Below are positions 15,907 to 29,701 of a stretch of DNA of 64,000 nucleotides, piece after piece. This stretch comes from an uncultured Gemmatimonadales bacterium (lineage in GTDB: Bacteria; Gemmatimonadota; Gemmatimonadetes; Gemmatimonadales; GWC2-71-9). The stretch spans positions 1,184,001 to 1,248,000 of the forward strand of contig CAVSLV010000001.1 in the NCBI GenBank assembly GCA_963728915.1, given 5' to 3'. The position numbers were made by a program, and so were the translations under genes. Within the stretch, counting starts at the first letter, position 1; the number at the start of each line of letters is the position of its first letter. The notes below the pieces were generated by a model. That model made no database searches. It had not been told where the DNA came from and was given only the letters and a program-made list of their open reading frames with translations.

Positions 15907-16811
15907 CTCCCGGGTGCTTCTCCTTCCAGTCGCCCGGCCGAGGAGCCCAGCGAATCGAGTTTGGCCCTCGCGAGCGTCCGCAGGGAATCGGGCAGGGTCT
16001 GGACCGAGAGCACGCTCTGATAGGCGAGCGCCGCGCCCAGGACATCGCCCTGGAGCAGACGCGAATCTCCCAAGCCGATCTCCGCTCGCCAGCCGGTTGG
16101 GCTCGCGGGCACCGCGGCGGCGGCGGATTCGAACCATTGCTCAGCCAGGTCTCCCTGGTGAGTGCCGAGTGCATCGAGGCCAAGTCGAAGCCCGCAGGCC
16201 CCGAGGCCCGCTCCGGCTGTCGCCCGTTGCTGGGCTACGGTGCTCCGGCGGAGTACGGTCTGGTAGGTTCGAACCGCCGACTCGCACGCGGTGGTCGCCT
16301 GCTGGGCTTGACCATACAGGAGCAACAGAGAATCCACCACCTTCCGATGGGTCGCCGAGGCGAGCATCGCCGGGAGTGCCCCGGCCGCCTCCGAGGGGCC
16401 CAGTTCTGCTCGAGGTGTGAGAGCCCATCGTCCCAGCGGCCGTCCCGGCGAAGCCCGCAGCGCACGAACCGCGGCGGCCAGATGAATCGCTTCGGCTGCC
16501 CCGCCCTTCTCGGCGGCTTCCGCCACGCGTTCAAGCCCGATGGCAGCCTCGGTCGCTCGGGAGGGATCGTCCACGCGAAGCGTGGTATAGGCTTCCACCG
16601 CGACGCCGAGCTGTCCGCTCTTGAGCGCCGCGTTGCCGAGCTTGGCCCAGACCTGGGATCCGGCGCCGCTCCGCAACGCCGCCCGGTATTCGGCGACGGC
16701 AACGGGGAACTCGGCGTTGCGGTAGGCGTGGTCGCCCAGGCGCTCGTGATCGGCCGCCGCCGACGCACAACCGGAAAGCCAGAAAGACAGCAGGACCATG
16801 CGAAGCTTCAC
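15903..16811 (-). CDS. TPR-like helical lipoprotein, function unknown
   Basis: Lipobox LSGC, Ala-rich TPR-like repeats, 4-nt overlaps with both neighbours. Confidence 0.7.
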   Translation of the reverse strand: MKLRMVLLSFWLSGCASAAADHERLGDHAYRNAEFPVAVAEYRAALRSGAGSQVWAKLGNAALKSGQLGVAVEAYTTLRVDDPSRATEAAIGLERVAEAAEKGGAAEAIHLAAAVRALRASPGRPLGRWALTPRAELGPSEAAGALPAMLASATHRKVVDSLLLLYGQAQQATTACESAVRTYQTVLRRSTVAQQRATAGAGLGACGLRLGLDALGTHQGDLAEQWFESAAAAVPASPTGWRAEIGLGDSRLLQGDVLGAALAYQSVLSVQTLPDSLRTLARAKLDSLGSSAGRLEGEAPGR

Positions 16812-17515
16812 GCCGTGAGTCGCTCCGCCATCGCGAGATAGGCATCGACCCGTGGATCACGGGGCCATCGCGACCGGCAGGTGGTCCAGACTTCGCGGGC
16901 GGCCGCGGCGTCGCCACCGAGATAGTGGGCCAGACCAAGCAAGGCGATCGCATCGGGAAAATCCGGGTGGTCGGCCACGATACCCTCGAGCTCTTCGCGC
17001 GCTTCCAGCGCTCGACCGGCTTCGAGCAGCAGGCGGGCCAGCCGGTATCGAAGATCGTGGAAGGCGGGACCGAGGAATACGGCGCGGCGGAACTGCTCGA
17101 TCGCTTCGTGCAAGGCTCCCGCTTCGGCGTACGCCTCGCCAAGGGCGGCGTGCTGATTGGCCAGACGGGCGGCGACCCCCCGCGGGAACCCGCCTTCACT
17201 TCGGACATCGCTGACACCCGCCGCTTGAAACGCCTTGGCCGCGTCCTCGTGGCGGCCCATGTCGTTCAGCACGACTCCCCGATGCAGGTGGGCCTCGACA
17301 TAGCGAGGGTTGATGGCCAGCGCCTTCTCGAATTCGTCGAGGGCGCGATCCCGCTGCCCGAGGAGAGCGAAGGTCAGACCCAGGAGCTGATGGACGTCGG
17401 CGAACCGGCGTCCCTGCGACAAGAGCTCTTCCAGGAGGTGGACCGCGCCGTAGTAGTCCTGGACCGCAAAACGTTCCCGCGCCTGCAGCAGCAGGTGGTC
17501 TGGGCTGACGTGCAT
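16808..17515 (-). CDS. Tetratricopeptide repeat protein
   Basis: Several TPRs (FADVHQLLG...ALAINPRYVEAHLHRG). Confidence 0.88.
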   Translation of the reverse strand: MHVSPDHLLLQARERFAVQDYYGAVHLLEELLSQGRRFADVHQLLGLTFALLGQRDRALDEFEKALAINPRYVEAHLHRGVVLNDMGRHEDAAKAFQAAGVSDVRSEGGFPRGVAARLANQHAALGEAYAEAGALHEAIEQFRRAVFLGPAFHDLRYRLARLLLEAGRALEAREELEGIVADHPDFPDAIALLGLAHYLGGDAAAAREVWTTCRSRWPRDPRVDAYLAMAERLTA

Positions 17516-17536
17516 AAGTACAAGATAACGAGGCTC

Positions 17537-18472
17537 TTAGCCGCGCAGGACCTGCCGGAAATACTCGATGGTCTGGACCAGGCCGTCCCGCAAAGGAACC
17601 AGGGGCGCCCACCCCAGCAGAGAGCTTGCCACGGTGATGTCGGGCTTCCGCACCTGGGGATCATCCTGGGGCAGAGGGCGGAATTCGATGGGTGAGGAGG
17701 AGCCGGTCATCTCCCGGATCAGCTCAGCGAGTTGGAGCACGGTGAACTCGCCCGGATTTCCCACATTGACCGGATCGCTCCGATTGCTCTGGAAGAGCCG
17801 GTAGATGCCATCGATGAGATCGCTGACGTAGCAGAACGACCGGGTTTGCGTCCCGTCGCCGTAGATAGTGATCGGTTCTCCCTGGAGCGCCTGCACGATG
17901 AAATTGGAGACCACTCTCCCGTCGCGCGGACGCATCCGCGGCCCATAGGTGTTGAAGATCCGCACAATGCGGGTAGCGAGCCCGTGGTAGCGATGATAGG
18001 CCATGGTGATAGCTTCGGCGAACCGCTTCGCTTCGTCGTACACCCCGCGAATCCCGACCGGGTTCACGTTGCCCCAGTAGCTCTCCGGCTGCGGATGTAC
18101 CAGGGGATCACCGTACACCTCCGAGGTCGACGCCAGGAAGAACCGCGCCCCGGTGGCCCGGGCGAGGCCCAGGCAGTTGTGGGTCCCCAGCGATCCCACC
18201 TTGAGGGTCTGAATCGGGAGCTGGAGATAGTCGACCGGACTCGCGGGCGAGGCGAAATGAAGAATGCCGTCGAGCGAACCGCTCCAGGGGATGAACTCCG
18301 AAACATTGTGGCGCCGGAACTCGAACCGGGGGAGGTCCGCGAGATGGGCGATATTGCGGGGTGAGCCGGTGAGGAAGTTGTCCATCCCCACCACCGAGTG
18401 ATTCTCGGCCAGCAGGCGATCCACCAGGTGCGAGCCGAGAAAGCCGGCGGCACCGGTCACCAGCAGTTTCAT
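17537..18472 (-). CDS. UDP-glucuronate decarboxylase (UDP-xylose synthase) family SDR
   Basis: [47 protein letters not shown]. Confidence 0.92.
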   Translation of the reverse strand: MKLLVTGAAGFLGSHLVDRLLAENHSVVGMDNFLTGSPRNIAHLADLPRFEFRRHNVSEFIPWSGSLDGILHFASPASPVDYLQLPIQTLKVGSLGTHNCLGLARATGARFFLASTSEVYGDPLVHPQPESYWGNVNPVGIRGVYDEAKRFAEAITMAYHRYHGLATRIVRIFNTYGPRMRPRDGRVVSNFIVQALQGEPITIYGDGTQTRSFCYVSDLIDGIYRLFQSNRSDPVNVGNPGEFTVLQLAELIREMTGSSSPIEFRPLPQDDPQVRKPDITVASSLLGWAPLVPLRDGLVQTIEYFRQVLRG

Positions 18473-19788
18473 GGGCTCGCCGCGGTGGCCGCGCGCCCGA
18501 TGCTGGAGTACTCGAAGCCCCGTCGCTGCATCAGGCCGGGATCGTAGAGATTTCGTCCGTCGAACACCAGCGGGTTACGCAGCAAGGCCTTCATGCGCTC
18601 GAAGTCGGGATTGCGGTAGACCAGCCATTCGGTCACCACCACCAGGCCGTCGGCGCCCGCGAGCGCATCGTAGGGATCGGCGGCGTAATGGATCCGGTCG
18701 CCGAAGAGCCCGCGGGCGACCGCCATCGCCTTGGGATCGTGGGCGCCGACTCTGCCTCCCGCCTTCAGGATTCCCTCCACCAGGGGAATCGACGGGCTTT
18801 CCCGCATGTCGTCGGTCTCGGCCTTGAACGCGAGGCCCCACACCGCGATCTGTTTTCCCGCAAGCGAGGGCCCCAGGCGCCCGAGCACCCGGTCGAGGAG
18901 AAGGCGCTTTTGGCGTTCGTTGACCGCTTCCACGGCGTCCAGGAGACTGGGCTCCATCCCGAGCTGGCGCGCGGTCCCCACCAGGGCCTTCACATCCTTG
19001 GGAAAGCACGATCCGCCATAGCCGGGGCCGGGGAACAGGAATGCCGATCCGATTCGCCGATCGCTGCCGATGCCGCGCCGTACCAGCCCGACGTCGGCTC
19101 CGACCCGCTCGCAGAAATCGGCGATCTGGTTCATGAAGGAGATCCGGGTGGCCAGCATGGCGTTGGCGGCGTACTTGGTGACTTCGGCCGACGGGATGTC
19201 CATGAAGAGAATCGGGTTCCCGGTGCGCACGAAGGGCGCGTAGAGGGACTCCATCAGCTCGCGCGCTTCCTCGCTGTCCACGCCGAGCACCACCCGGTCG
19301 GGCTTCATGAAATCGTCGATCGCGGCGCCTTCCTTGAGGAACTCGGGGTTGGAACAGAGCTGGACGCGCTCCCCGGTGCGCTCCCGGATGGCGGTTCGGA
19401 CTTTTTCCGCCGTCCCCACCGGCACGGTCGACTTGGTCACTACGACCTTGGGCTCATTGATGAACTCCCCGATCGAGCGCGCCACCCCGAGCACATGCTG
19501 CAAGTCGGCGTTGCCGTCGCCATCGGGAGGAGTTCCCACCGCGATGAAGATGACCCGACCATGTTCGATCGCCCCGCGGATGTCGGTGGTGAAGCGAAGG
19601 CGCCCCTCCGCCTGATTGCGCTGCACCAGCGGCTCCAGCCCCGGCTCGTAGATCGGAATGTCATTGGCGGTCAGCCGGCGCACCTTCTCGGCGTCCACGT
19701 CGGCGCACAGCACCTCGTTCCCGGTCTCCGCGAAGCACGCCCCGGCCACCAGTCCCACGTAGCCGGTTCCGATCACGGTCACTCTCAT
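18469..19788 (-). CDS. ugd: UDP-glucose 6-dehydrogenase
   Basis: [34 protein letters not shown]. Confidence 0.95.
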   Translation of the reverse strand: MRVTVIGTGYVGLVAGACFAETGNEVLCADVDAEKVRRLTANDIPIYEPGLEPLVQRNQAEGRLRFTTDIRGAIEHGRVIFIAVGTPPDGDGNADLQHVLGVARSIGEFINEPKVVVTKSTVPVGTAEKVRTAIRERTGERVQLCSNPEFLKEGAAIDDFMKPDRVVLGVDSEEARELMESLYAPFVRTGNPILFMDIPSAEVTKYAANAMLATRISFMNQIADFCERVGADVGLVRRGIGSDRRIGSAFLFPGPGYGGSCFPKDVKALVGTARQLGMEPSLLDAVEAVNERQKRLLLDRVLGRLGPSLAGKQIAVWGLAFKAETDDMRESPSIPLVEGILKAGGRVGAHDPKAMAVARGLFGDRIHYAADPYDALAGADGLVVVTEWLVYRNPDFERMKALLRNPLVFDGRNLYDPGLMQRRGFEYSSIGRAATAASP

Positions 19789-21077
19789 GAAGTCCCTTTA
19801 CCACGGAGGGCATTCCGGGTATCGACGATGAGGCGGGCCTGGCGTCGCACCAGGTCATAGTCCACGGTGTGGTGGTCGGTGACGATGATCACGCAATCCG
19901 ACCCGCTCAGGGTCGCCTCCTTCAACGGAGTGGACTCGTAGGTGTGGCCATCCTCCGCAAACCGTGGCACGTAGGGATCGTGATAACTGACCGCGGCGCC
20001 CTGCTGCTCGAGCAGCTTGATGATGTCGAGCGCGGGGCTCTCCCGGAGGTCGTCGATGTCGCGCTTGTAGGCGACGCCGAGGACCAGGACTTTGGAGCCA
20101 CGGATCGCCTTGCCGACGCTGTTGAGGGCCTCCCCGACCCGGCGCACCCAGAACGCCGGCATTTCGGTGTTGACCTCCCCGGCCAGATCGATGAATCGGG
20201 TCTTGTAGTTGAGTCCCCGCATCTTCCAGGCGAGATAGTGCGGGTCGATCGGGATGCAGTGCCCTCCCAGTCCCGGTCCCGGGGTGAACTTCATGAACCC
20301 GAAGGGCTTGGTCGCCGCGGCATCGATCACCTCCCAGACATCCACGCCGAGCTTGTCGCAGACGATCGCCATTTCATTCGCCAGCCCGATGTTCACGCTC
20401 CGAAAGGTGTTCTCCAGCAGCTTGACCAGCTCCGCGGCTTCGGTCGTGGAAACCGGGACCAGGGTCTCGATCGCCGGTTGGTACAGGGCGCACACCACCC
20501 GGAGACAATCGGGCGTGATGCCGCCGACGACCTTCGGCGTGTTATGAGTGTGCCAGACCGGATTGCCGGGATCCACCCGCTCGGGGCTGAAGGCGAGGAA
20601 GAAGTCCTCGCCGACTTTGAGCCCGGTGGATTCCAGGGCCGGCAGCATGATCTCCCGGGTGGTCCCCGGGTAGGTGGTGCTCTCCAGAATGATCGCCTGC
20701 CCCGGCCGGAGCACCTGCTTGACCGTCCCGGTCGCCGCGACGATGTAGCTCACGTCGGGGTCCTTGAACTTGGAGAGCGGGGTGGGCACGCAGATCGAGA
20801 TGGCGTCCGCCTCGCGAAGCCGGTTGCCATCGGAGGTCGCCTCGAACCGCCCGGCCTGGATGATCTCCTGGAGGGCCTGGTCCGGGATGTCCTTCACGTG
20901 CGAGTGACCCGCATTGAGCCCGGTCACCACTCGCTCGAGCACATCGAATCCGAGCACCCGGTATCCCGCCCGCGCCAGCTCCACCGCAAGCGGCAGCCCG
21001 ACATAGCCGAGGCCGATGATCCCGAACAGCGCTTCGCGCGATTCGGCCTTCTGGATCAGACGTTCGGCTCCACCCAT
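19785..21077 (-). CDS. UDP-N-acetylglucosamine 6-dehydrogenase, WbpA-like
   Basis: GLGYVGLPLA, CVPTPL, LESTTYPGTT, FSPERVDPGN, GGHCIPIDP. Confidence 0.88.
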   Translation of the reverse strand: MGGAERLIQKAESREALFGIIGLGYVGLPLAVELARAGYRVLGFDVLERVVTGLNAGHSHVKDIPDQALQEIIQAGRFEATSDGNRLREADAISICVPTPLSKFKDPDVSYIVAATGTVKQVLRPGQAIILESTTYPGTTREIMLPALESTGLKVGEDFFLAFSPERVDPGNPVWHTHNTPKVVGGITPDCLRVVCALYQPAIETLVPVSTTEAAELVKLLENTFRSVNIGLANEMAIVCDKLGVDVWEVIDAAATKPFGFMKFTPGPGLGGHCIPIDPHYLAWKMRGLNYKTRFIDLAGEVNTEMPAFWVRRVGEALNSVGKAIRGSKVLVLGVAYKRDIDDLRESPALDIIKLLEQQGAAVSYHDPYVPRFAEDGHTYESTPLKEATLSGSDCVIIVTDHHTVDYDLVRRQARLIVDTRNALRGKGTS

Positions 21078-22210
21078 CAGTCGGGCCTCCCCCCGAAGAA
21101 CTCCAGGACGGACTCGGCAATGCGCTCCTGCTGGAGCCCGGTCAACTCGGGGTAAACCGGGATCGCCAGGATCTCGCGGGTCGCCGCTTCGCTCTCGGGA
21201 AAACTCCCCTCCCGGTATCCAAGGTGCCGGAAGCAGGGCTGCAGGTGCAGCGCAAGAGGGTAGTACACAGCACACCCGATGCCATGGCTCCCGAGGTGCT
21301 CCATAAGGGCATCGCGGCGGGGCACCCGGATGCAATACTGGTGGAAGATGTGTTCGTTGCGTGGATCCATCGCCGGGGGCACGATTTCCGGGTGCCCGGC
21401 GAAGCGGGTGTTGTACCAGTTGGCGTGCCCCCGGCGGGTCGCGCTCCAGCCCGGGAGAAACGGCAGCTTGGCGAGGAGGACCGCCGCCTGCAGCGTGTCC
21501 AGCCGGCTGTTGGTGCCGACCTCTTCGTAGTGGTACTTCCGCAGCCCGCCATGGACCCGGAGCCGCCGCACCCGTTCGGCCACCGCATCGTCCTGGGTGA
21601 GGATCATGCCGGCATCCCCCCAGGCGCCCAGGTTCTTGGTGGGGAAGAAGGACAGCGTCGCCGCCCAACCGGTCTCCCCTGCCATCCGCCAGGCCCCGTC
21701 CATCTTCCGGCGCGCCCCGATCGCCTGCGCCGCGTCCTCGAAGACGGGAAGGTCGTGGCGGCCCGCGATCGCGAGGATTTCCTCCATGGCCGCCATTTGC
21801 CCGAACAAGTGCACCGGAATGATGGCCCGGGTCCGGGGACCGATCGCGGCCTCGAGCTGGGCGGGATCCAGGTTCATGGTGGTGCGCTCGATGTCCACGA
21901 AGACCGGACGTCCCCCCGCGTTATGCACTGCCAGCGCGGTTCCCGGGAAGGTGAAGGCCGGGGTGATCACCTCGTCGTCCGGCCGGAGGCCCAGGGCCTT
22001 GAGGGGCAACAGCAGCGCGTCGGTACCGCTGGCGACCCCGATCGCATGACGCACCTTCGACAACACGCCGATCGCCCGCTCCAGCTCCTCGCCCTCGGGA
22101 CCCATGATGAACTGCTGCCGCTGGATGACGGCCTGCACCGCCGGCATGACCGCATCGCGGACCGCGGCGTGCTGCGCCGCGAGATCGACCAGAGGGATCC
22201 GCTCGCTCAT
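21077..22210 (-). CDS. DegT/DnrJ/EryC1/StrS sugar aminotransferase, WbpE-like
   Basis: [41 protein letters not shown]. Confidence 0.9.
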   Translation of the reverse strand: MSERIPLVDLAAQHAAVRDAVMPAVQAVIQRQQFIMGPEGEELERAIGVLSKVRHAIGVASGTDALLLPLKALGLRPDDEVITPAFTFPGTALAVHNAGGRPVFVDIERTTMNLDPAQLEAAIGPRTRAIIPVHLFGQMAAMEEILAIAGRHDLPVFEDAAQAIGARRKMDGAWRMAGETGWAATLSFFPTKNLGAWGDAGMILTQDDAVAERVRRLRVHGGLRKYHYEEVGTNSRLDTLQAAVLLAKLPFLPGWSATRRGHANWYNTRFAGHPEIVPPAMDPRNEHIFHQYCIRVPRRDALMEHLGSHGIGCAVYYPLALHLQPCFRHLGYREGSFPESEAATREILAIPVYPELTGLQQERIAESVLEFFGGRPD

Positions 22211-22785
22211 GCCGCCTCGATCGGAGCCAGCCGATCGCCCGTTTCCCGGTAGCCGCGCCCGCACTCCCGGCAGGTGGCTTCTCCGGTCCGCACTGCGAGG
22301 CGACACCCGCAGCGGCAGGTCCATCCGATCCAGCGAGCCGGGACGCCGACCATCAGCGCGTAGGGAGACACCTCTCCCCGGATCACGGCGCCCGCCCCGA
22401 TGAAGGCGTATTCGCCGATCGTGGAACCACACACGATCGTCGCGTTGGCGCCGATCGTCGCGCCCCGGCGCACCAGGGTGGGCTGGTAGGCATCGCGGCG
22501 GGAAACCTCGCTGCGGGGATTGATCACGTTGGTGAACACGCAGCTGGGCCCGCAGAATACCTGGTCTTCGAGGGTCACCCCCTCGTACACCGAGACGTTG
22601 TTCTGGATCTTCACTTCATTCCCGATCCGCACCCCGGACATGACCACCACATTCTGCCCGAGGGTGCAGCGCTCCCCGATGACCGCCCCGGGCATCACGT
22701 GACAGAAATGCCAGATCTTGGTTCCGGCGCCGATCCTCGCGCCGGGGTCGACGAAAGACGACTCGTGCACGAAATAGCTGCTCAT
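22207..22785 (-). CDS. Hexapeptide N-acetyltransferase, WbpD-like
   Basis: [31 protein letters not shown]-terminal CRCG..CRECG. Confidence 0.9.
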   Translation of the reverse strand: MSSYFVHESSFVDPGARIGAGTKIWHFCHVMPGAVIGERCTLGQNVVVMSGVRIGNEVKIQNNVSVYEGVTLEDQVFCGPSCVFTNVINPRSEVSRRDAYQPTLVRRGATIGANATIVCGSTIGEYAFIGAGAVIRGEVSPYALMVGVPARWIGWTCRCGCRLAVRTGEATCRECGRGYRETGDRLAPIEAA

Positions 22786-23723
22786 GCGCCGTTGGTCCCC
22801 ACGAGCTTGACTTCTGTCTCCAGCGCAACGCCGAACCGGCGATGGACCGCCTCGCGCGCCGTATCGATCAGGGCCCGCACCTCGGCGGCGGTGGCCTCGC
22901 CGGTATTCACAAAATAGTTCGCATGCATCCGGGAAATCTCCGCGCCCCCGATCCTGGTTCCCTTGAGACCGGCCGCCTCGAGCACGCTCCCCGCGGTCCA
23001 GGGACGGTTCCATGCGGCCGGCACCGGAACCGAAGGGTTCTTGAAAACGCTTCCGCAGCAGGCCTGGTTGAAAGGAGTGCCTGCCTGGCGCCAGGCGAAG
23101 AGTCGCTCGACCTCGGCGTCAAGGTCCTCCGGTATCCCCGCCACCAGCCGAACCTCCACTTCCAGGACGATCAGACCATCGAGCCCGCTCCGTCGATACC
23201 GGAACGGGATCTCGGCGGCGGGGATCACGCTGATCTCTCCCTGACGATCCACCACCGTCACCGCCGCCGTGACGTCGGCCCACTGTCCGCCGTGACAGCC
23301 CGCGTTCATGAACACTCCGCCACCCACGGTTCCCGGCACCCCGACCATCAGGTGCAACCCAGCCCAGCCCTCCTTGGCGGTCCGCCGGGCGGCGAGCGGC
23401 GCGGGCAGACCGGCCCCGAGCCACCAGCGCTCCCCGTCCTGGCGCACCGCATCGATCCCCTTGCCCAGCCGGATGACCAGGTCGTCCACCCCTTCATCGG
23501 GAAGCAGCACGTTGGAGCCAAGGCCGAGGGGAAGCACCGGAACGCCCGCGGCGGCGGCGACCCGCAAGCCGACCGCGACATCCTCGGGGGAGGCGGGCAG
23601 CAAGACCGTCGCGGGACCGCCGATCCGGTAGGTGGAATAGCGGGCGAGCGACGCATTCTCCTTGACCTCGCCGCGCACCGCTTGCCGGAGAGCCGCTGCG
23701 AACCGTCCCTCCCGGGCGCTCAC
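22782..23723 (-). CDS. murB: UDP-N-acetylenolpyruvoylglucosamine reductase
   Basis: [48 protein letters not shown]. Confidence 0.95.
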   Translation of the reverse strand: MSAREGRFAAALRQAVRGEVKENASLARYSTYRIGGPATVLLPASPEDVAVGLRVAAAAGVPVLPLGLGSNVLLPDEGVDDLVIRLGKGIDAVRQDGERWWLGAGLPAPLAARRTAKEGWAGLHLMVGVPGTVGGGVFMNAGCHGGQWADVTAAVTVVDRQGEISVIPAAEIPFRYRRSGLDGLIVLEVEVRLVAGIPEDLDAEVERLFAWRQAGTPFNQACCGSVFKNPSVPVPAAWNRPWTAGSVLEAAGLKGTRIGGAEISRMHANYFVNTGEATAAEVRALIDTAREAVHRRFGVALETEVKLVGTNGA

Positions 23724-26700
23724 GCCCGCTGCTCGGACATGAGCCCCCGGGTTAGGACGTGCCATTCCTGCAACGAGCGAACCTCGCCGGGACTCAGCGC
23801 GAGGGCTTCCACCGCCTCACACGCCGCCGCCGCCGCCGCGATCGTGGTCACATAGGGGACCCGGTGCAGCAGCGCGGATTGCCGGAGCACGTAGTCGTCC
23901 CGCTGGGTCAGCTTCCCGAGCGGCGTGTTGATGAGCAGCTGGACCTCTCCAGAAACCAGGAGGTCCACGGCATTGGGATGGCCCTCGTGAACCTTCTGCA
24001 CCACCTCCACCGCCGTGCCCTGCGCTTCCAGAAATCGGGCGGTTCCCGCGGTGGCGAGCACCCGGAACCCGAGCTGCCCGAACCGCCGCGCGATGGGAGC
24101 CACCGCCGGCTTGTCCCGGTCGTTGACCGAGACGAACAGGGTTCCCTTGAGCGGCAGCACACCTTCGGCGCTGACTTGGGCCTTGGCGAAGGCCATGGCG
24201 AACGAATCCGCAATCCCCATCACTTCCCCGGTCGACCGCATCTCGGGCCCGAGGATGAGGTCGACGCCGGGAAGCTTGGTGAAGGGGAACACCGCCTCCT
24301 TCACCGCGAAATAGGGCTGGCTCGGCTCCTCGACCAGTCCGAGATCCTCGAGTCGCTTGCCCACCATGACCGCCGCCGCCATCGTCGCCAGGGGAACCCC
24401 GGTGGTCTTCGATACGAAGGGGACCGTTCGGGACGCCCGTGGGTTGACCTCCAGCACGTAGACCATGCCATCCTTGATGGCATACTGCACATTGATCAGG
24501 CCGACCACGCCGAGCCGGTCGGCGAAGGCCTTGGTGCAGCGGCGCATCTCATCGATCTGGGCCTCGGTCACCAGGAACGGCGGTAACACACAGGCGGAAT
24601 CGCCCGAGTGAATCCCGGCGTCTTCGATGTGCTGCATGACCCCGCCGATCACCGACCGGTGGCCGTCGGCGATCGCGTCGACATCCGCTTCGAAGGCATC
24701 CTCGAGAAACCGGTCGATCAGCACCGGATGGCCCGGGGCCACCCGCTCGGCTTCCGCGAAGAATCCGGAGAGCGACTCCGCGTCGTAGACGATCTGCATC
24801 GCGCGCCCACCCAGCACATAGGAAGGCCGGATCAGCACGGGATAGCCGACCCGTTCCGCCTCGCGAAGCGCCTCCGGAAGCGATCGCGCGGTGCCGTTCG
24901 GAGGCTGGGCGATCCCCAGCTCGCGCGCGATCGCCTCGAACCGTCCCCGGTCTTCCGCCGCGTCGATCGCATCGGGAGAGGTCCCCAGGATGGCCACGCC
25001 GGCGGCCTCGAGCCCCCGGGCGAGCCGAAGCGGGGTCTGGCCTCCCAGCTGGACCACCACGCCGAGCGGGCGCTCCAGCTGCACGATCTCGAGAACATCT
25101 TCGAGCGTGAGCGGCTCGAAATAGAGAGCGTCGCTGATGTCGAAGTCGGTGGAAACGGTCTCCGGGTTCGAATTGACCATCACCGTGCGATAGCCCATCT
25201 GGCGAAAGGCGAGCGCCGCGCGCACACAGCAGTAGTCGAATTCGACGCCCTGCCCGATCCGGTTGGGACCACTCCCCAACACGACGACGGTCGGCACCCC
25301 CGAAGGACCGATCTCGTTCTCCTCGTCGTAGGATGAGTAGAGATAGGGCGTCTTCGAGGGGAATTCCCCTGCGCAGGTATCGACCATCTTGTAGGCGGGC
25401 CGAATGCCGAGCGCCTGCCGCTCCTCCCGGATCTCCTGCTCGCCTCTTCCGGCCAGATCAGCCAGCTGGCGATCCGAAAATCCCATCCGCTTCATCTCGA
25501 GCAGCGGCGGGGCGGTCAGAGGGTCAGACCGTCCGGCCTCCCCGACCGCTCCGACCTCCCCGACCCACCGCCCCTCCGCCTCCACCAGCTCCTCGAGCTG
25601 CGACAGGAACCAGGGATCGATCCGGCTCGCGTCCGCGATGGCCGCGACGCTCACGCCGGCGAGCAGCGCCCGCTTGATCTGGAACAGTCGCTCTGGGGTT
25701 GGCGTGCGCAAGGCCCGGACGATCGCTTCCGGCGTCTCGTCGGTCAGCCGGTCGTCGGTCAGAGTTTCCCCGATGCACCATCCCGCCCGTCCGGTTTCCA
25801 GCCCGCGGAATCCCTTCTGAAGCGCGGCCTTGAAGGTCCGCCCGATCGCCATCACCTCGCCGACCGACTTCATCTGGGTCGTGAGCGTGCAGTCGGCGGC
25901 GGGGAATTTCTCGAACGCAAAGCGGGGAATCTTGACCACCACGTAGTCCAGCACCGGCTCGAACGACGCGGGCGTGGTCTTGGTGATGTCGTTCGGCAGC
26001 TCGTCGAGCCGGTACCCCACGGCGAGCTTCGCGCCGATCCGCGCGATCGGGAACCCGGTGGCTTTCGAGGCGAGCGCCGAGGAACGAGACACCCGTGGGT
26101 TCATCTCGATGACCAGCTGCTCCCCATCGACCGGATTGACCGCGAACTGGACGTTGCAGCCCCCCGCCTCCACTCCGACTTCCCGAATGATTCGGCAGGC
26201 CGCATCGCGCATGACCTGGTATTCGCGATCGGTCAGGGTCATCGCGGGAGCGACGGTGATGGAGTCCCCGGTATGGACCCCCATCGGGTCGAGATTCTCG
26301 ATCGAGCAGACGATCACCACGTTGTCGGCGCCGTCCCGCATCACCTCGAGCTCGAATTCCTTCCAGCCCAGAATGCTGCGCTCCACCAGCACCGATCCGA
26401 CCGGGGACAGCTCGAGGCCGCGCTGGAGCTTCTCCTCGAATTGGCTGCGGTCGTAGGCCACGCCGCCCCCGGTTCCGCCCAGCGTATAGGAGGGGCGGAG
26501 AATCGCCGGGTATCCGGTCGTCTCCACCGTGGCGAGGCCTTCGGCGACCGAGCGCACCGTGAATCCCTGCGGGGTGGCGAGCCCGATGCGCCGCATCGCC
26601 AGGGCGAATTCCTGGCGATCCTCCGCGATCCGGATGGCCCGCTCGTTGGCGCCGATGAGCTCCACGTGGTGCTTCTCCAGGACCCCTTCCCGCGCCAGCG

Positions 26701-26984
26701 CCATCGCGACGTTCAGCGCGGTCTGCCCGCCCATCGTGGGAAGCAGCGCGTCGGGACGCTCCCGGGCGATGATGCGCTCGACCCATTCCGGCGTGATCGG
26801 CTCGATGTAGGTGCGGTCGGCCACCTCCGGGTCGGTCATGATCGTGGCAGGGTTCGAATTCACCAGAATGACCCGGTAGCCCTCTTCCTGGAGGGCCCGC
26901 GCCGCCTGGGTTCCCGAGTAGTCGAACTCGGCGCCCTGGCCGATGATGATCGGGCCCGACCCTATCAGGAGAATCGAGGAGAGG

Positions 26985-27001
<17 letters not shown>
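23720..27001 (-). CDS. carB: Carbamoyl-phosphate synthase large subunit
   Basis: [25 protein letters not shown], two ATP-grasp halves, MGS domain. Confidence 0.98.
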
Positions 27002-29012
<2,011 letters not shown>

Positions 29013-29054
29013 TGTGGGTTCATAAAGATAGCCACCATACGGAGTATCGTGACC

Positions 29055-29270
29055 ATGGCTCGCACCTGCGCCGTCTGCGGAAAAGGCCCCGCGACGGGGA
29101 ATCACGTCAGCCACGCCAACAACCGGGTCAAGCGGCGATGGTATCCCAACCTGCAGACCGTCCGCACCCTCGTGGATGGAGAGGTCCGCAGAATTCGCGT
29201 CTGTGCCAAGTGCATTCGCAGCAACCGGGTCAAGAAGGCAGCCGGCCCCGCGCGGGCCACGGCGACCTGA
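29055..29270 (+). CDS. rpmB: 50S ribosomal protein L28 (zinc-ribbon form)
   Basis: [19 protein letters not shown]...RW.PNLQ...VCAKC. Confidence 0.97.
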   Translation: MARTCAVCGKGPATGNHVSHANNRVKRRWYPNLQTVRTLVDGEVRRIRVCAKCIRSNRVKKAAGPARATAT

Positions 29271-29295
29271 GCTCCCAGGGGCCGTCCGGGTTATG

Positions 29296-29322
29296 AAAAA
29301 GGGGACCAACCGGTCCCCTTTT
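29296..29322. terminator. Bidirectional intrinsic terminator between rpmB and rplQ
   Basis: AAAAA-GGGGACC-aacc-GGTCCCC-TTTT. Confidence 0.85.
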
Positions 29323-29344
29323 CGATGTCGCTCATCGATCCTGA

Positions 29345-29701
29345 TCACTCCGAGAGCAGCTCGATCCGTGCGACGTCCGCACCGTCTCCAGGGCGGTGCC
29401 CCAGCTTGAGGATTCTGGTATAGCCGCCAGGCCGGGCGGCGAAGCGCGGCCCGATCTCCTTGAACAGTCGGCCCAGCACCTCGCGGTCCTGGATCCGCCG
29501 CTCGACCTGGCGCCGCGCATGCAGGTCGCCCCGGCGCGCCAGGGTGATCAGGCGCTCCGCGTAGGGCCGGAGCTCCTTCGCCTTGGCCTCGGTGGTGACG
29601 ATGCGGTCATGGCGGAACAGGCTGGCCACCATGTTCCTCAGCATCGCCTTCTTGTGCGTCGAGGTCCGGGAAAGCTGGCGACCCTTGGCGCGATGCCGCA
29701 T
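29345..29701 (-). CDS. rplQ: 50S ribosomal protein L17
   Basis: MRHRAKGRQLSRTSTH, TTEAKAKELR, RPGGYTRI. Confidence 0.98.
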   Translation of the reverse strand: MRHRAKGRQLSRTSTHKKAMLRNMVASLFRHDRIVTTEAKAKELRPYAERLITLARRGDLHARRQVERRIQDREVLGRLFKEIGPRFAARPGGYTRILKLGHRPGDGADVARIELLSE

